DNA of 64,000 nt, taken from assembly GCA_051294905.1 (NCBI GenBank), contig CM119378.1, positions 3,536,001-3,600,000 of the forward strand. The letters are read 5' to 3'. Positions 27,755 through 41,150 of the stretch are shown one piece after another. A model generated the notes under the pieces. That model ran no database searches and was not told the DNA's origin. It saw only the letters and a program-made list of their open reading frames with translations. Source of the DNA: Botryllus schlosseri (taxonomy: Eukaryota). Numbering within the stretch: position 1 is the stretch's first letter; every line of letters begins with the position of its first letter. Both the position numbers and the translations under genes were made by a program.

Positions 27755-28890
27755 ACGTAAGTACACGGCTAGGATAGCGCAGACACCCACAGAAGGGCTT
27801 CTGGTATACACTGGTGCTACATAGTAGCTTATAAGTACGAAAAATATATCTCTTAACCCCATGCGCAAAACCGAAATTTCGGAGCAATTTTTCATCCATC
27901 TTTCTATATACATAGATGTTCTTTTATTCAAAACTATTCATAATTTCCTTCTTATCCGTCCGGAATATCAATTGCCGAGTGTGTTCGGGTCAACGTGACA
28001 CCACCTTGCTCAGTGTATTATTTTCTAACTTCGCCCTATCGTCCGCCGCGGCTGAATTTACTGTTTCTTGTGGTAGGTTTATCTGAATGCAAATTTTCTG
28101 TAATGGTCTGCGTTCTAGCCCGAGAAGCACTAGGCCTTATCAGGGAAAAGTAACCCTTCATAATTTTAATAATAGTCCTGACTCGAGTCAAATTTCGTGG
28201 AGTGGGCAAACTTTTGAGCTCGCGGGCCGCATTCAACATCTGAATCCATTCGCGGGCCGCACTATGTAAAATTGGGATTATAAACCAAACCGCCATATTG
28301 GTGATTACATAGTGACGACATGGAGATGATATATATGCTTATTTAAAACAAACCAAACACTGCTCTGATGATATCGTACACGCGTCAGAAACAGCGGTGT
28401 GATTTTATAGGCTGGTCGACCTCAAATAACAATTTGTCAAAACTATAGAGATGAAAGTCGGTTGTCCCAATTCTTAGAACAGGATTGAAATTTAGATCTG
28501 TGAGCAGCGATCTGTTCATAGATTTACTAAATCCACTGTTGGTTCAATTTCAGGACACACAATGCTGGCAGCATCATAACCACGTTAGCTTCAAACACGC
28601 TTCTACTATGTGTAGATAAAATATAAATAGGCTACCCTAATTCAACGCATACAGAGAACGAATCTACCCAAGACACGCGCGAATCGTTTTTTTATAAGCT
28701 CATCACTGAAATAACTAAAACTGGAGAGGCCAATCTGAAATCACACTCGTGATCCGAATTATATCAATCAAATTTAAGATTTCTGTGTTGTTTAGCAGTT
28801 GAAACCGATAAGACTGCGTGGGCCTTAAGATCGGGCTGTCGCGTCAGAAATTAAACATAAAATATAACATAGGAAGTCTTTACCTTAGAA

Positions 28891-29157
28891 CAGTGGTTCT
28901 CAAACTTTTAAAGACACGCCCCTCCACACCTTATCGTAATATCACAAAATGCAACCAGGATGCTAGCAAACCTAACGGACAGTTTGATGGCATGGAAGGT
29001 TACGACTGTGAATGAGAGATTTTGAAATATGAAATTCAGATTAAATACAGAGCAATAATTATGAATGGGATATAAGTCGCGCGGAAAGAACAATCAGTTG
29101 AGCTCAGCTTCGCGCCCCCCTACAGATGCTTTCACGCCCCCCAGTTTAAAACCACTG
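28891..29157. mobile_element. ~260-bp Charlie-like MITE
   Basis: CAGTGGTTCTCAAAC...AAAACCACTG; TSD CCTTAGAA/TCTTAGAA. Confidence 0.75.
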
Positions 29158-29432
29158 TCTTAGAATTATCATGGTGAAATATACTAAGAAAAAGTTCAAT
29201 CAAGTCCCTGCATTAATTCGATTTTTAGTATGCATTTTAGCAATATTTGTAATAAGTTTCCTTAGACTCACGAGGGCTGCACTAAACGGTGTTGCGGGCG
29301 GGCAGCATGCGGCCCGTAGTTTGCCCACCCCTGGCTTAGACGTAAGCATATTGTTTTCGCGTTTAGCAATTTACATCAACAAAAATGTGGTTCCAGTGCC
29401 GAAAGCAAGACCTGAAGGTGCGTAGAATAATT

Positions 29433-30198
29433 TGATCACTAGGGCGATTTTTTTAGCATGTCAAAATTGCTTATGAAGTCAAAAATTTTTTGCAACCTGC
29501 ATTTCGTTTGTATCGTAAATTTTGCAGTGTATGTGAACTTATCATTTGACATTTTACAGCTTGTAGCACACTTTATAGGCCTACTGCTGTAGACGGCCCA
29601 TTGTGAATCATAAACATTCAAATGAAACAAACGTACCGCAATATCCTAACTGAAGCAAGACTGCGTGGGCGTTGCATGGTTCTTATATTCAGAAGCGCAT
29701 GATGAAAAATTGTGATGTAGGCACCATTGTCAGAATGAAGCAACAAGGTGTGCCACCAGCAGTGTACGCACAACATTAGTGTTGCTAGCCAACAACTGCT
29801 GCTGTTGATCGTTCATTCTCCATTCTTGGCAAACTACTCAGTAAGGACCGACACTTTCTACCCGAGAATGTAGGAAAGCATCTTTCGTTGTTGTACTACA
29901 ACAAATTTCAATTATTTCTACCATAATATGTGATGTAACTACTGGAATTCTTTATAGGGCCAGATTTGGTTTGAATAAAGTTTTTTCATTTAAAAATTTG
30001 TCAGTTTTTTAATCAAAAAAGTTTTTCCAGGCCCAACCACTTCGTAATGACAGACAGTTCTAACCAAAAATGAAGATAAGTAGTACAATTCTAACATTAT
30101 GTGGGAAAACACCAAATTTGCATACGTTAGGCCAAAATTTAGTTTTCCGGTCAAAATCTTCCGTTTTTTAGGAAAAAAAATCGCCCTACTGATCACTG
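29433..30198 (+). mobile_element. Non-autonomous hAT-like element, copy 2 of 15872-16733
   Basis: TGATCACTAGGGCGA...TCGCCCTACTGATCACTG; body aligns by eye with 15872-16733; the transposase remnant carries stops. Confidence 0.75.
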
Positions 30199-31065
30199 AA
30201 GGGCTGTACTACCCAGACATAAATCGACAAAACCCAAGCTCTACTAATACTTACTACCCTGTTGATGACATAATATCAAACCACAAAGTCTAAAATTTAA
30301 TAAACAACATACCGCGCAAATCTTCGAGTAACTTGAGCCTCGTTAGATTCTTTACATGATGCTCGCTTTTGTGGATGAGAGCAGATACTTGCATGTTGCG
30401 ACAGAAATGCGAATAGAATACCTCTTTACAGTATAGCTAATAACCATGAAATCATTCCAATTCAGGAGTGAATAGCGATGGGCCTGAATGTGACAAAAGA
30501 AATGGGGATAATCAGACAACATTCCTGAATCTTACCACAAAATATCGCAGAAAACATCGAATTTCATAAAGTACCGTTCCACAGATACTGGCATTCAAAA
30601 GAGAATCACCAGATACACATGAACGACAGATTATGTTGAAACCGCGGAATCGTAGATCAGCCAAGTACTCGATCCACTCGACCACACACTCTCAATGCTA
30701 TTGTCTGCCTCATCCTCTGCATGTCCGTGAACAGAGATCAACTTTGCTTCTAATATCGAAATAAACCCCGTACAATTTCGGCTGACACTATTCACTGGCA
30801 ATCGTCAGCAAGTAGCAAAGAATAATAGTCGACGTAGAAAGTTATTTTCAATTCTCTATCAGTTGCTGACAATCACCCCTGACGAGTGTCAGCAGAGAAT
30901 ATTCGAGCTGATTTCATCACAAATTATTCAATTTTATATTGAAGTTCTGCACCTCCAAGAGTCTCTTCAGATTCTTCTAAACGCCGCAGGGAGCAGGCAT
31001 CCAGAATCAATCGAAATTTTCAAGCGCCAGTCTCTTGCCTTGGATATCTCAACCCATATGCAGTA

Positions 31066-34000
31066 TTACAACAAACCTTTCATTTCTTTCATAAACGAAT
31101 CGTAAGCGATGTCAGCATTCACTTTGCTCTGTTTCTTACCCTTGTCCTGTCGATACCGGTCGGAGGCGGCCGGCGCCTGTATCTCTTGCGGCCTTTGCGG
31201 ACCGATCTTACCGTGCGTTTCTCTCTTAACCCTGAGCGAAGTAGGCATGAACCGCGTTACGTCCGCCCGAGGATTGCTGATAATCTGGGGCTTGGCCACG
31301 ATCATTCCAGGCCTGCTCTTCTCTTTTTCGCGCCTGTTCTGAACCAAACTCGGCGGCGCGCTCAGCACGTTATTCACATTTTTATCTGCTTGATTTCTGC
31401 TAAACTGATCTTGCGTTGTAGTAGGCGCCGACTGCCTGTTTACCGACGGCATACCTCCCATCCTCATTTGTAAACCAGGAGGAAGACCTGGAGGCGGGCC
31501 TCTAGGCAGCGTAGGCGGTACTCCGGGTGGTGGACCAGGCGGTACCATCCTTGACATAGCAGGTGGACCGGGTGGTAACCCAGGCGGGGGTCCAGGAGGA
31601 GGCTTTTGTTGTGTGTCTGAAAATCCGACTCTTTTACTAGACGATGGACCTTCTTCATCAGGCCTAGACCTTGTGGGAACGGATTGCCCGGCAAGCTTTA
31701 ACATCATGGCTTGTAAAGGAGTGACTCCAACGTCATCGAGTCGAATTCTTTTTCCATCTTCTTCATCATCGGAATCGTTACCTCCAGAATGGCCGGGTCG
31801 TTTTTTGGCGTAGCCATCATCTGTAAGATGTAGAGTAGAAAGTGTAATACCGTGACCTTTCTAAAAAAACCTGAAGGGCACAAGGTTTTCCAGGCTTCTA
31901 TTCACTGAAGAAACTCTTGGAGGTACAGAAGTTCAATATAAAACATAATATCATATTTATATTGAAATAAAACGTACCATTATCGGCTGACACTTGCCAG
32001 GGGTTATTGACAGCAACTGGTAGATAATTTGGAAGGACATTGTATGTTGAAACCTGTATCACCAAATTTCGAATAACCGAGACTATTTTTAGATGGTACA
32101 CGATCTTCTTCTGTTGGCACAGACTTGTATAGACAATTGTATCATCTATATATACAATGTTGATATACAATGACTTTTCCAATTCTATGCTATAGTGGTT
32201 CTCAACCCTTTTTTAGACACGCCCCCCTTATCGTCACATCACAAAATCCAACCGTGATGCTAGCAACCCCAATAGATTGTTTAATGGCATGGAAGGTTGC
32301 GGCCGGTGATGAGAGAATTCCTAAATATAAAATTCGGTCTATATATAGAGAAACACGCGTAAATTGGAGGTAAACCTCGCAGCGCGCAAAACAAATTTTC
32401 AGTTGACCACTTCTTCGCGCCCCCCCAGGTTGAGAACCACTGCTCTACTAGTTGCTGACGATCAATCCTGATGAGCGTCAGTGAAAATATCTGAGTATAT
32501 TTCAATATTCAATTGTAAAATAACCTATCATACAAAGTTAATCAATCATAATGTCCTATGTGAGAATGATTAACTAACAAAACGGACAAAATAATTACAA
32601 GCGGCAACTTACCTTCGTCCCTGTGTTGAAACTCATCGTCGTTTTCATCATCGCTGTTATCGTCGTCGAGAACCAAGCCTTGCTCGGGATCGTACGGTTC
32701 TACGCCATCTAAAGACAGTTTACTGTCACGTCACCGCACAAAATAATCAGTAATACATAAGCTGTCATTATGACAAATCCATCACCTTCGACTACCAACG
32801 ATCAGAATTTTACTTGTTGCATACTAGGGTGGAGTGAAAAATGAAAATTTTTGAATTTCAGAAAAGGGTCTTGATATGTGGTGCCAAATAGTAAACAAAT
32901 AAATTCTATCATAATTTTGGGTTCGTACACCCTCTAGTGGTCGTGCAATTTCACCGAACGAGCCAAAAACAGCTAATTTCGCCATATCTTGATCATCACT
33001 TACACTATAAAGTCAGTTTTGGGCTTAAAAGATGCAGAAGCAACATGTTTCTATCTCCCTTCCATAGAACTTACTCTTAAAAATGAACAGAAAAAAAGTT
33101 ACAAGCAAATTTCTGATTTTATAGGTAAAATTAAGCACCGAAGCAGTGGGTCGGATGTCAAAAGCGTGTACTGATTGATCTTATGACTGAGCAACATACC
33201 CTATCAATTAGAACCACTTTTCAAAACTTTCTCAAACAAATGAAACCCCCTCCAAGCATAAATAGGGCTCGGGCATCGAATAGAGACTGCTAAAACTGTA
33301 TTTAAAACAGCGTCCATTGGTAGTGCAGCGTCACGATATCGGTAAGTTTAGAGCAACTGCCCTCATGAGATTTCTTACCAAAATGCTGTCGTAGGGTTTG
33401 TATCATATTTGTCACAAAGCTCCTGAATGAAAGCACAAAAATTGAAAATACACATTCAAAACACAAACATCAATTCTCTACTGAAAACAGAAAATTTTTG
33501 TAGCAGTATCATATGAGTATCAGTGTGCACAAACATTAAAATCATGTTTAGTATTGAAAGATTTCATCTGCTTTCAAGACTTCAGTTTTTGTCTGATGAG
33601 GCTATCTCTACGTTTAAATCCTGAAACACGGGTAGATGCTTCAGTAACTACGTTTTAATGTCTTTCCACTGCCTGGTTGTGGCAAGGATGACTGAGCCTT
33701 AATGGTGATGATCTTAGGTTTTCCACCTCGACAACTGACAAGGTCTTGATTGCAGGCGGCTGTTCAATAACTTTGTGGTTTAAGTTTACAATTTGGTGGA
33801 AAGATTAAGCCTTGATGTTGATAACTGGAATTTCGAAGAAACTGATGCTCAATGTCGCTGTTTTTAGGTTTGCTGTCATTTATATATCTTCCTTCAAATT
33901 CATAATTGGAATTTGGTATGGTGTGGTTGTTCTGCGCATAGCTGTAATCTTGTTAACTGTAAATCTTCGGACATTTTCCTCCTCGCCACCAAAGCATTCC

Positions 34001-37000
34001 CAGCAAAATATTTTCTGGATGTTGAAAATGAGCATTTCTTCGTAGCAAAGATGGTGCAAGGGAGTGAATTCGGGTATCAGTCAGGGAAACTATATTGTGG
34101 AAATTTTTAGCACCATCTATACTGGAATTGTGCATTTTTATTTCAAACCATGACGGAAAATAGACCTCCATGCAGAATTGAGCAAGACAGTTCAGATTTC
34201 TCGATGGACGACTCTGTCCCACATAGTACCTTGAAATTTGAGATGCGAGAGTCAACCATATTGAATGAACGACGGGCCCAGCCTCTAAATATTGCAGATC
34301 TGGTTCCAATTGACGACTTTGAAGGAGGATATATAAATGAAACCAAACCCTAAAGCAGCAACATTGACACCAGCATCAGATTCTTCCAAATTCCAGTTAT
34401 CAACATCAAGGCTTAATCTTTCCACCAAATTGTCAACTTAAACCTCAAAAATATTGAACAGCCGCCTACATCGCAATCAAGACCTTGTTTGATCACGAGC
34501 TGGGAAACCTATGATCATCACCATTAAGGCTCAGTTATCCTTGGCACAACCAGGCAGTGGAAAGACATGTCACAATGGTGACATAGCATTTGCTCAATGT
34601 TTCTGGATTTAAACGTAGAGATGGCCTCATCAGACAAAAACTGAAGTCTTGAAAGCAGATGAAATCATTCAATACTAAACATGACTTTATTGTTTGTGCA
34701 CACTGATACTCATGTGATACTGCTACAAAAATTTTCTGTTTCCAGTATAGAATTGATGTTTGTGTTTTGAATGTGTATTTTCAATTCTTGCGCTTTCATT
34801 CAGGAGCTTTGTGACAAATATGATACAAACCCTACGACAGCATTTTGGTAAGAAATCTCATGAGGGCCGTTGTTACAAACTTACCGATATTGTGATGCCG
34901 CTCTACCAATAGACGATGTTTTAAATACAGTTTTAGCAGTCTCTATTCAATGCCCAAGCCCTATTTATGCTTGGAGGGGGTTTCATTTGTTTGAGAAAGT
35001 TTTGAAAAGTGGTTCTAATTGATAGGGTATGTTGCTCAGTCATAAGATCAATCACTACACTCTTTTGACATCCTACCCACTGCTTCTGTGCTTAATTTTA
35101 CCTATAAAATCAGAAATTTGCCTATAACTTTTTTTCTGTTCATTTTTAAGAGTAAGTTCTATGGAAGTGAGATAGAAACATGTTGCTTCTGCATCTTTTA
35201 AGCCCAAAACTGACTTTCTAGTGTAAGTGATGATCAAGATATGGCAAAATTAGCTGTTTTTGGCTCGTTCGGTGAAATTGCACGACCACTAGAGGGTGTA
35301 CAAACCCAAAATTATGATAGAATTTATTTGTTTACTATTTGGCACCACATATCAAGACCCTTTTTTGAAATTCAAAATTTTCATTTTTCACTCCACCCTA
35401 TTGCATACCCAGATACTAAAGCATCCACATCACACTGGATAAGAAATGGATGATATCAAATTCGAACAACAGTCTGAACCTCAACATATTCGCCGCGCAT
35501 CAAAAATCCTTGGCAGTAACGCGTTCTATCACCTATTGCAGTGGTTATTAAACTAGGCTCTGAAGACCATTTGAGTACCAGCGGGCTAGTTTCAAGGGTT
35601 CCATAAATGGTCACTGAAAATATGTGGTCAATGCTAAATAGATTTGGCAGTAGTCGACGGCTCGATGCGGTGGCTGCTCCTGACTGTTTATACAGTTCAA
35701 GAAAATTTTCTCGGACTAGGTCACAAAGAGGGTCGGTCGCGCGTAGCGAAAAAAAAATCAGGGGTCCGGCTAAAAAGAATTTGAGAACCCCTGGACAGAG
35801 TTGAAGAACTGGAAAATTTTCATATTTTTAAAATTAGTTAGAATTGGAATACTGAATTCGCGAAAACATGGAAATTGAATCATCAAATTAGCAAGAAATT
35901 TAAAGAAAAATCAAGTGCATTGAAAATGTCTGTACACCAAGGTTGGCTGGTATCACAGGAACACCAGTAATTAGATAAGAATTCTATAAAAGCATGGAAA
36001 TGTTTCAAAAGTTCGATTAGAATTAGATTAACAGCATTTTGTTCCATTTAGAGCCAGTAGTCCAAAGCTGCCCCGAGTCCTAAACTATTGGAGACTGACG
36101 GAGACCGCACTCACCTCCCGCACGACTCGTTAATTCTGACGGTGGCGGACCAGGCGGGGGCCTCGGATGAAGCGTCGGATCGTTTCCTTTAAATTTCTTC
36201 TTGAGCGGCGGCGGACCAGGCGGTGGTCCCGGAGGTTCTTTCTTCACGACCGTGGTTGGCGCCGAAATCACGTACGACGACTTTTTAAGTATGCCCTGCG
36301 GTTGTATGCCGGGCAGAGGGATGTCAGAGAGCTGGGGCGTTGCGAAGGGGGCGTCCGGCAGCGGGATGCTGTCGATTTTGACTTTCTGAGCGTTCCGAAC
36401 CGATTCGTAGTACACTTCTTTTTTCAAGCGATCCGTGCGGTAGTCGTCGAGCTGGCGTTTTAATTCAGTCCCCTGATCTGGATCTTCTCTCAGATAATAT
36501 TGAGTAATCCGTTGGATGTTTTCCAGGAGTTTGAGGCGTTTCTCCTTCACGACCTGCAAGAAGATACTTGAGATCAAGGTCAAAAGAACTGGGCACCTAG
36601 ATAATTATAGATGCCAAATACTGCCTAATCTTGAAATTTTCTAGTTGTCAAACTCTGGTCAAGTCCATCACCTGATGAATTGGAATCACTAAGAACAAAA
36701 TGGAAATAGAAAGAATTCGACGATCTTATTCTACTCAGGGGTGGCTAGTAAAAAAGTACCTCTATTTATAAAAGTATTCAAGTTTGCCCACTTCTTTGCT
36801 TCTACTTCTAGAAGAGTATTTTGGGAAAACTGCACACTTTTACTACTTTGGATTATGAGAAAGTAGTTTGCAAATAAGTTTCCTTCAATTCTATGATCAC
36901 AGTGGCAGCTGAGGGCGGAATATATTTTAAGATTCACAGCTTCCTCAAGTCATTTTACATTAGTCGCGAAAAAGCATCTCGCGAATTCAAAAGTAGCCAC

Positions 37001-37608
37001 CACCGATTAAGTGTCAAAATTATGCGAACCCAAAACAACTTCTTGAAACTATTGAACTTTCAGACCTTCCATTTTCTACATGTACTTGAAGTAGTTTTGA
37101 AATGTGGTGGAAATAGAAACGCTTAACAAATTTCATGACAGTAGACTTTCCAATTCAAATAGTTTCACTTGAAAAATTTCAATTCATCAAATTTAACAAC
37201 TTGTGTATATGATATACAATTCCGAGGGTATGTATAGCCTAACAAATGGCAAACAATTTGCTAAATTTTAGGGAAATAAGTCTGCTCTGCTTGTACTTGT
37301 TTTTGAGCAGAAATTTACAACATAACTAATACTTCCACTTGAGTATCAACACAGACTACTTTTACCTCCTCTCATAATACCTTATCATTATATGGAACAT
37401 TGCTGGATGGATTAAGTTCCATTTCGTCGAGGAGGTCCAATTCCGCCAGCATCTGTTTCGGGTCCTTAGTCTTGATAACGGCTTGTCGCACGGCCATACG
37501 CTGCTTCTTATTTTTCCTCAATTCCCGTTTTCTGGCTTCCTTACGAGCCTGATCTGTGGGATTCATGTACTTCCCACCTTTTGTGGTGGCAGTTGCTCTT
37601 CTGCCCAT
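31066..37608 (-). CDS. WBP11: WW domain-binding protein 11 (SIPP1/NpwBP), splicing factor; 4 coding exons, ~505 aa
   Basis: Exons 37381-37608, 36115-36553, 32613-32708, 31066-31820 (1518 nt, GT-AG, phases consistent). N-terminus MGRRATATTKGGKYMNPTDQARKEARKRELRKNKKQR, PPGPPP repeats, PP1-docking RVxF (KRVGF), TPLQAMMLKLAGQ, RFMPTSLRV and C-terminal AYDSFMKEMKGLL are hallmark WBP11 motifs. Possible 5'UTR intron at 37632-37720. Confidence 0.95.
32193..32442. mobile_element. ~260-bp Charlie-like MITE in WBP11 intron 3
   Basis: TAGTGGTTCTCAACC...GGTTGAGAACCACTG; same family as 17693 and 28891. Confidence 0.75.
32825..35400. mobile_element. Foldback hAT (hATm-like) element with ~1.08-kb inverted arms, in WBP11 intron 2
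   Basis: Starts TAGGGTGGAGTGAAAAATGAAAA, ends TTTTCATTTTTCACTCCACCCTA; perfect TSD TTGCATAC (32817-32824, 35401-35408). Arms ~32825-33910 and ~34305-35400 are reverse complements. Transposase remnants: HSIWLTLAS..YV...VYFPSWFEIK...RNAHFQHPENILLGML and HPCHNQAVERH...RRD..IRQKLKS. Confidence 0.9.
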
Positions 37609-38759
37609 ATTGGCTGGTTATTGCCCGATAACTTCAAAGATTAAATATGTTGTAAGTATATCAGGTAACAACGAAGCATTAGGAACAAGTTTTTCAGCGA
37701 CAAGAACTGTAGAAGCCTACCTTCGGCAGAACATAAGCGCTTAACGACATCATATCTAATGAATAATATATTCATATTGAATAAGCCAGAATATTTCCGG
37801 CTGGCACTCGTCAGCAACTAGTAGAGAATTCTAAAGAACTTTGTTCATCAAAAGTCGTTTCACCCATTATAATGTCACAGGCATGAAATTTGGAATAATC
37901 GAGGTGAGCAGAGCTCAATGAACTATTTTGAGACGATAAGCGAACTCATTCTATTGGCACGGACAAGGAATGCTTCTATTTATGTACCTTGGAGTCAACT
38001 TTTATCGAGATACACCAACCAAGTTCCAAGTTTAGGCCAACAGAAGGAGCTTGTGCATCATCTAATGGATCAAAAAATAGTAGCCTACAGCTCTGCTCTG
38101 ATTTATATTCTCTGCTTCAATATCCATTCAGTGTGCATGCCTCTTCTCTACTTCCCCTAGGCCAAGGTGTGGGTGTCTGATCCCAAAGACCACTCCGAGT
38201 CGTTTTGACACCTTCCTATCTTCTCATTGTATCACATGCAGTTTTGTGGTGTTTTGAAATGATGAAAATATTAATAAACCGATACTGATACTTCTCGATT
38301 ATCACACATGATTACCAGAGCAACCTACGAAGTGCCAGAAAAACTTAAGATGCTTAGTTCATATTCATTTTCGGATTTAGATTGATATTCAGATAAATCA
38401 TATGGAATCAGGATTTGAATGTTTTCAAATTCGGATCCATCTTGTAATGATGATGAGCCATAACTTCAAGATTTTGATTTTATTCAGGAGTGTCCTGATT
38501 GTTGTTTGTTTTGTACATAGCAACTGTCTCTGCACTGCACGCAGTTGCACCAATCCTGGCCTGGGAGAGAAACGCCGGGAGAAAATATAATACAGACTGC
38601 TATATTTATTTTTTCAACGATTTTTACCAAACGAAACAAACAAAAATAGTGTATATTCAAAAAGGGAAAATTGTCCTCTGCCACCATTCGACGGTTTGAC
38701 CTCTGCATTACATAGCTCGGATGACTGCAATATTGCAGTTCTCGGTTAGAGTTAGGGTT

Positions 38760-39270
38760 ATGACGAACTCGGCCCATGGTGAACTCGGACTTCGGCGAAC
38801 TCGGCCCATGGTGAATTTGTTAATAAAAATTATTATAAATGTCGTGAATTGTATTAATTGTGTGGAGACAATGGTGAATTGGTGGTGATGGACATGTCGC
38901 ATGAATGTTATTACCACTGGGGGCAGTATCGTCAAGGAATAGGGCCTAGACAGAAAAAAACCTCCTCGCACCAACTCATAATGTGAATTATATTACATAA
39001 TTATATTATTATCAAGTGATTAGGAGATTAGGGTTATGATTAGGGTTAGGTTAGGGTTACATTAGGGTTGGGTTAGGATTAGGTTAGGGTTAAGGTTATG
39101 ACGGCGGCAAGTAAAACTTCCAATTCCGAGAACTGCAATACTGCCCCCCCCCTCAGTGGGAATAGCTTTCGTACGACATGTCCATCACTCCCAAATTAAC
39201 CATTTTCTCCGACAAATAATACAATTTACGGCGCCGAGTTCGTCATGGGACCAGTTCACTGGCAATCCCT
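38760..39270. mobile_element. Palindromic non-autonomous element with a TTAGGG-like core
   Basis: 38840-38930 is inversely repeated at 39137-39232; GAACTCGGC/GCCGAGTTC end motifs; degenerate TTAGG(G) array at 39028-39100. Confidence 0.6.
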
Positions 39271-39949
39271 GAAACACCGGCGCTTCTTCGTTTTACGATC
39301 GGAGAGAACAAGTGATCCCCATGGTACCGATCAACAATGTTCCCATTGAACATGTCACTATGTAACGTGTTTCACATGATATCAAGCTGTGCTTCCCCTA
39401 AACCTAATATTTTTTGTGCGCAGGAGACCCAGGTTCGATTCTCGCCAGTACCCTCTTTCTGTGAGTCGCTGTCGGGAGATCCGGTGATGTGCAAGGAGAT
39501 TTAAGCGAACGTAAAGCAGCATGGATCAGAGTCTGAATGACGATAGTCAAGAGAATTTGTTTTATATTCACTGAACACTGCGTGAAAGTGGTTTTTAGTC
39601 GTATTTCGCATGGTCATTATGCTGTAAAGATACATTAGCGTCGTATTGGAAGTTCGGCCTTACTCACACGATCGCTAGTCATGTCGGCTGAATAATTAAA
39701 CTAATTAAATTCAGCGGTTCAATCACACAATATATGCAGTTCAAAGACACATTTCGATTAAAAGTTGTAGAGAAGATAGAAGGAAGTATATGTGCAACAA
39801 TACTGTGACAGATAGAGTGACCTGTGATCGGTGGCGTAGCAGCCACTTGGCGGTTCTGGCTCTGCGCCAGGGGCGGCAGGCTCCAAGGGGGCGGCAAAAT
39901 GTGGCTGCACAGTGTGTGTGTGTGAGAGAGAGAGAGAGAAATGGTTATG

Positions 39950-40187
39950 GTATTCTTTTTCACCTGCACCATCGAGATGCTTTGACGACGGAGGTGCGGT
40001 ACGGACTTTTTTTAATAATAATGTCATCTAGTCTGCACCCCCGTTTTTCCCTCAGTGATTGCTGAACGCCTAGCGGGATAACCGCGGATACCAGTTATCG
40101 AGTCTTTGGTCTGGTCCGGCCGGGGATCGACCCCACGACCTACCGATCGAGAAGCCGGACGCATCACCATTATACACTATCTCGCTC
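39950..40187 (-). mobile_element. tRNA-derived SINE, copy without LINE tail
   Basis: Pol III A-box-like ...ATAATGG and B-box-like GGGGTCGATCCCC head; body matches 49135-49374 and 63657-63899; ends in a (CT)n(CA)n microsatellite. Confidence 0.8.
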
Positions 40188-41150
40188 GGCACACGGCTAA
40201 AAGAAGCGTTAATTGGTAGTCCTATAGCTGGCGTCCCGTGAGCTAAAATTTGAACAAGCAGGTATCAATCGAAAGCTAGCGTCGCACTGATTCCGAAAAC
40301 ACGAATTGATATGTTAACATGGCGATGGAACCACTCCGAAACAGCCGTCAATGCCGATTGTTCGGAGAGTTCGCAGAAAAAAGAAGAATGCCAGGCGAAC
40401 AATCAGAAGATGATGCTGGCCTCAGTGTTATGTTTGGATTTTTGAATTCCCACGCGCTGCTGCAAAGCGAAAGTCACAATTTATTCACCAGCGCTTTTAG
40501 AATCACTTATGACAACGAGGTGGACTTTTTGGAGTTAGCTGCGATAACTGTCATGCGTTATACCTCCGAATCATATAAATGAGAAGATTGGTAGCATTTT
40601 GTACAAACCAATATGAGGCCTCTAGAACGGACACAAATTAAGATATGATCATATGAAGTTGTTCAATTTGAGATTTCAAAAGGGTTAAGAGGCTGGTGCG
40701 GAGCAGTGAAACGACGTTTGATCGTATTGCAAAAGCGTTTGATGATTTACAGTGGTTCGTTAATGCAAAGCTACTTGATTCGACACCATATTTATGCTTG
40801 TTTCTGAAACAATACAATCGTTCGCTATTTCTTATCTTTATTACTTTTGACCTTATTAACGCTGAGATGGTGAGGCTGACGCGCGACATATTGTTTGCTA
40901 CGACAGTGCCTGTGACTCGGACTTGAGCCGCTGGTGAATTCTTGAGAGATTGACCTGTGACCAGGGCATGGTATGGTACGGTAAGGTATGGAAGTATGGT
41001 ATGGTATGAAACTTAAAAATTAGTGACTATAACCAACTATTGATGTTCGCGTATCGCCCAATCCTTCCGAGACGAAGACGCACAAAAAATGTTTAGCGTA
41101 ATGAATACTCGGAATATGGAATCCGCACCACTCTCAAAACACAATTTTTG

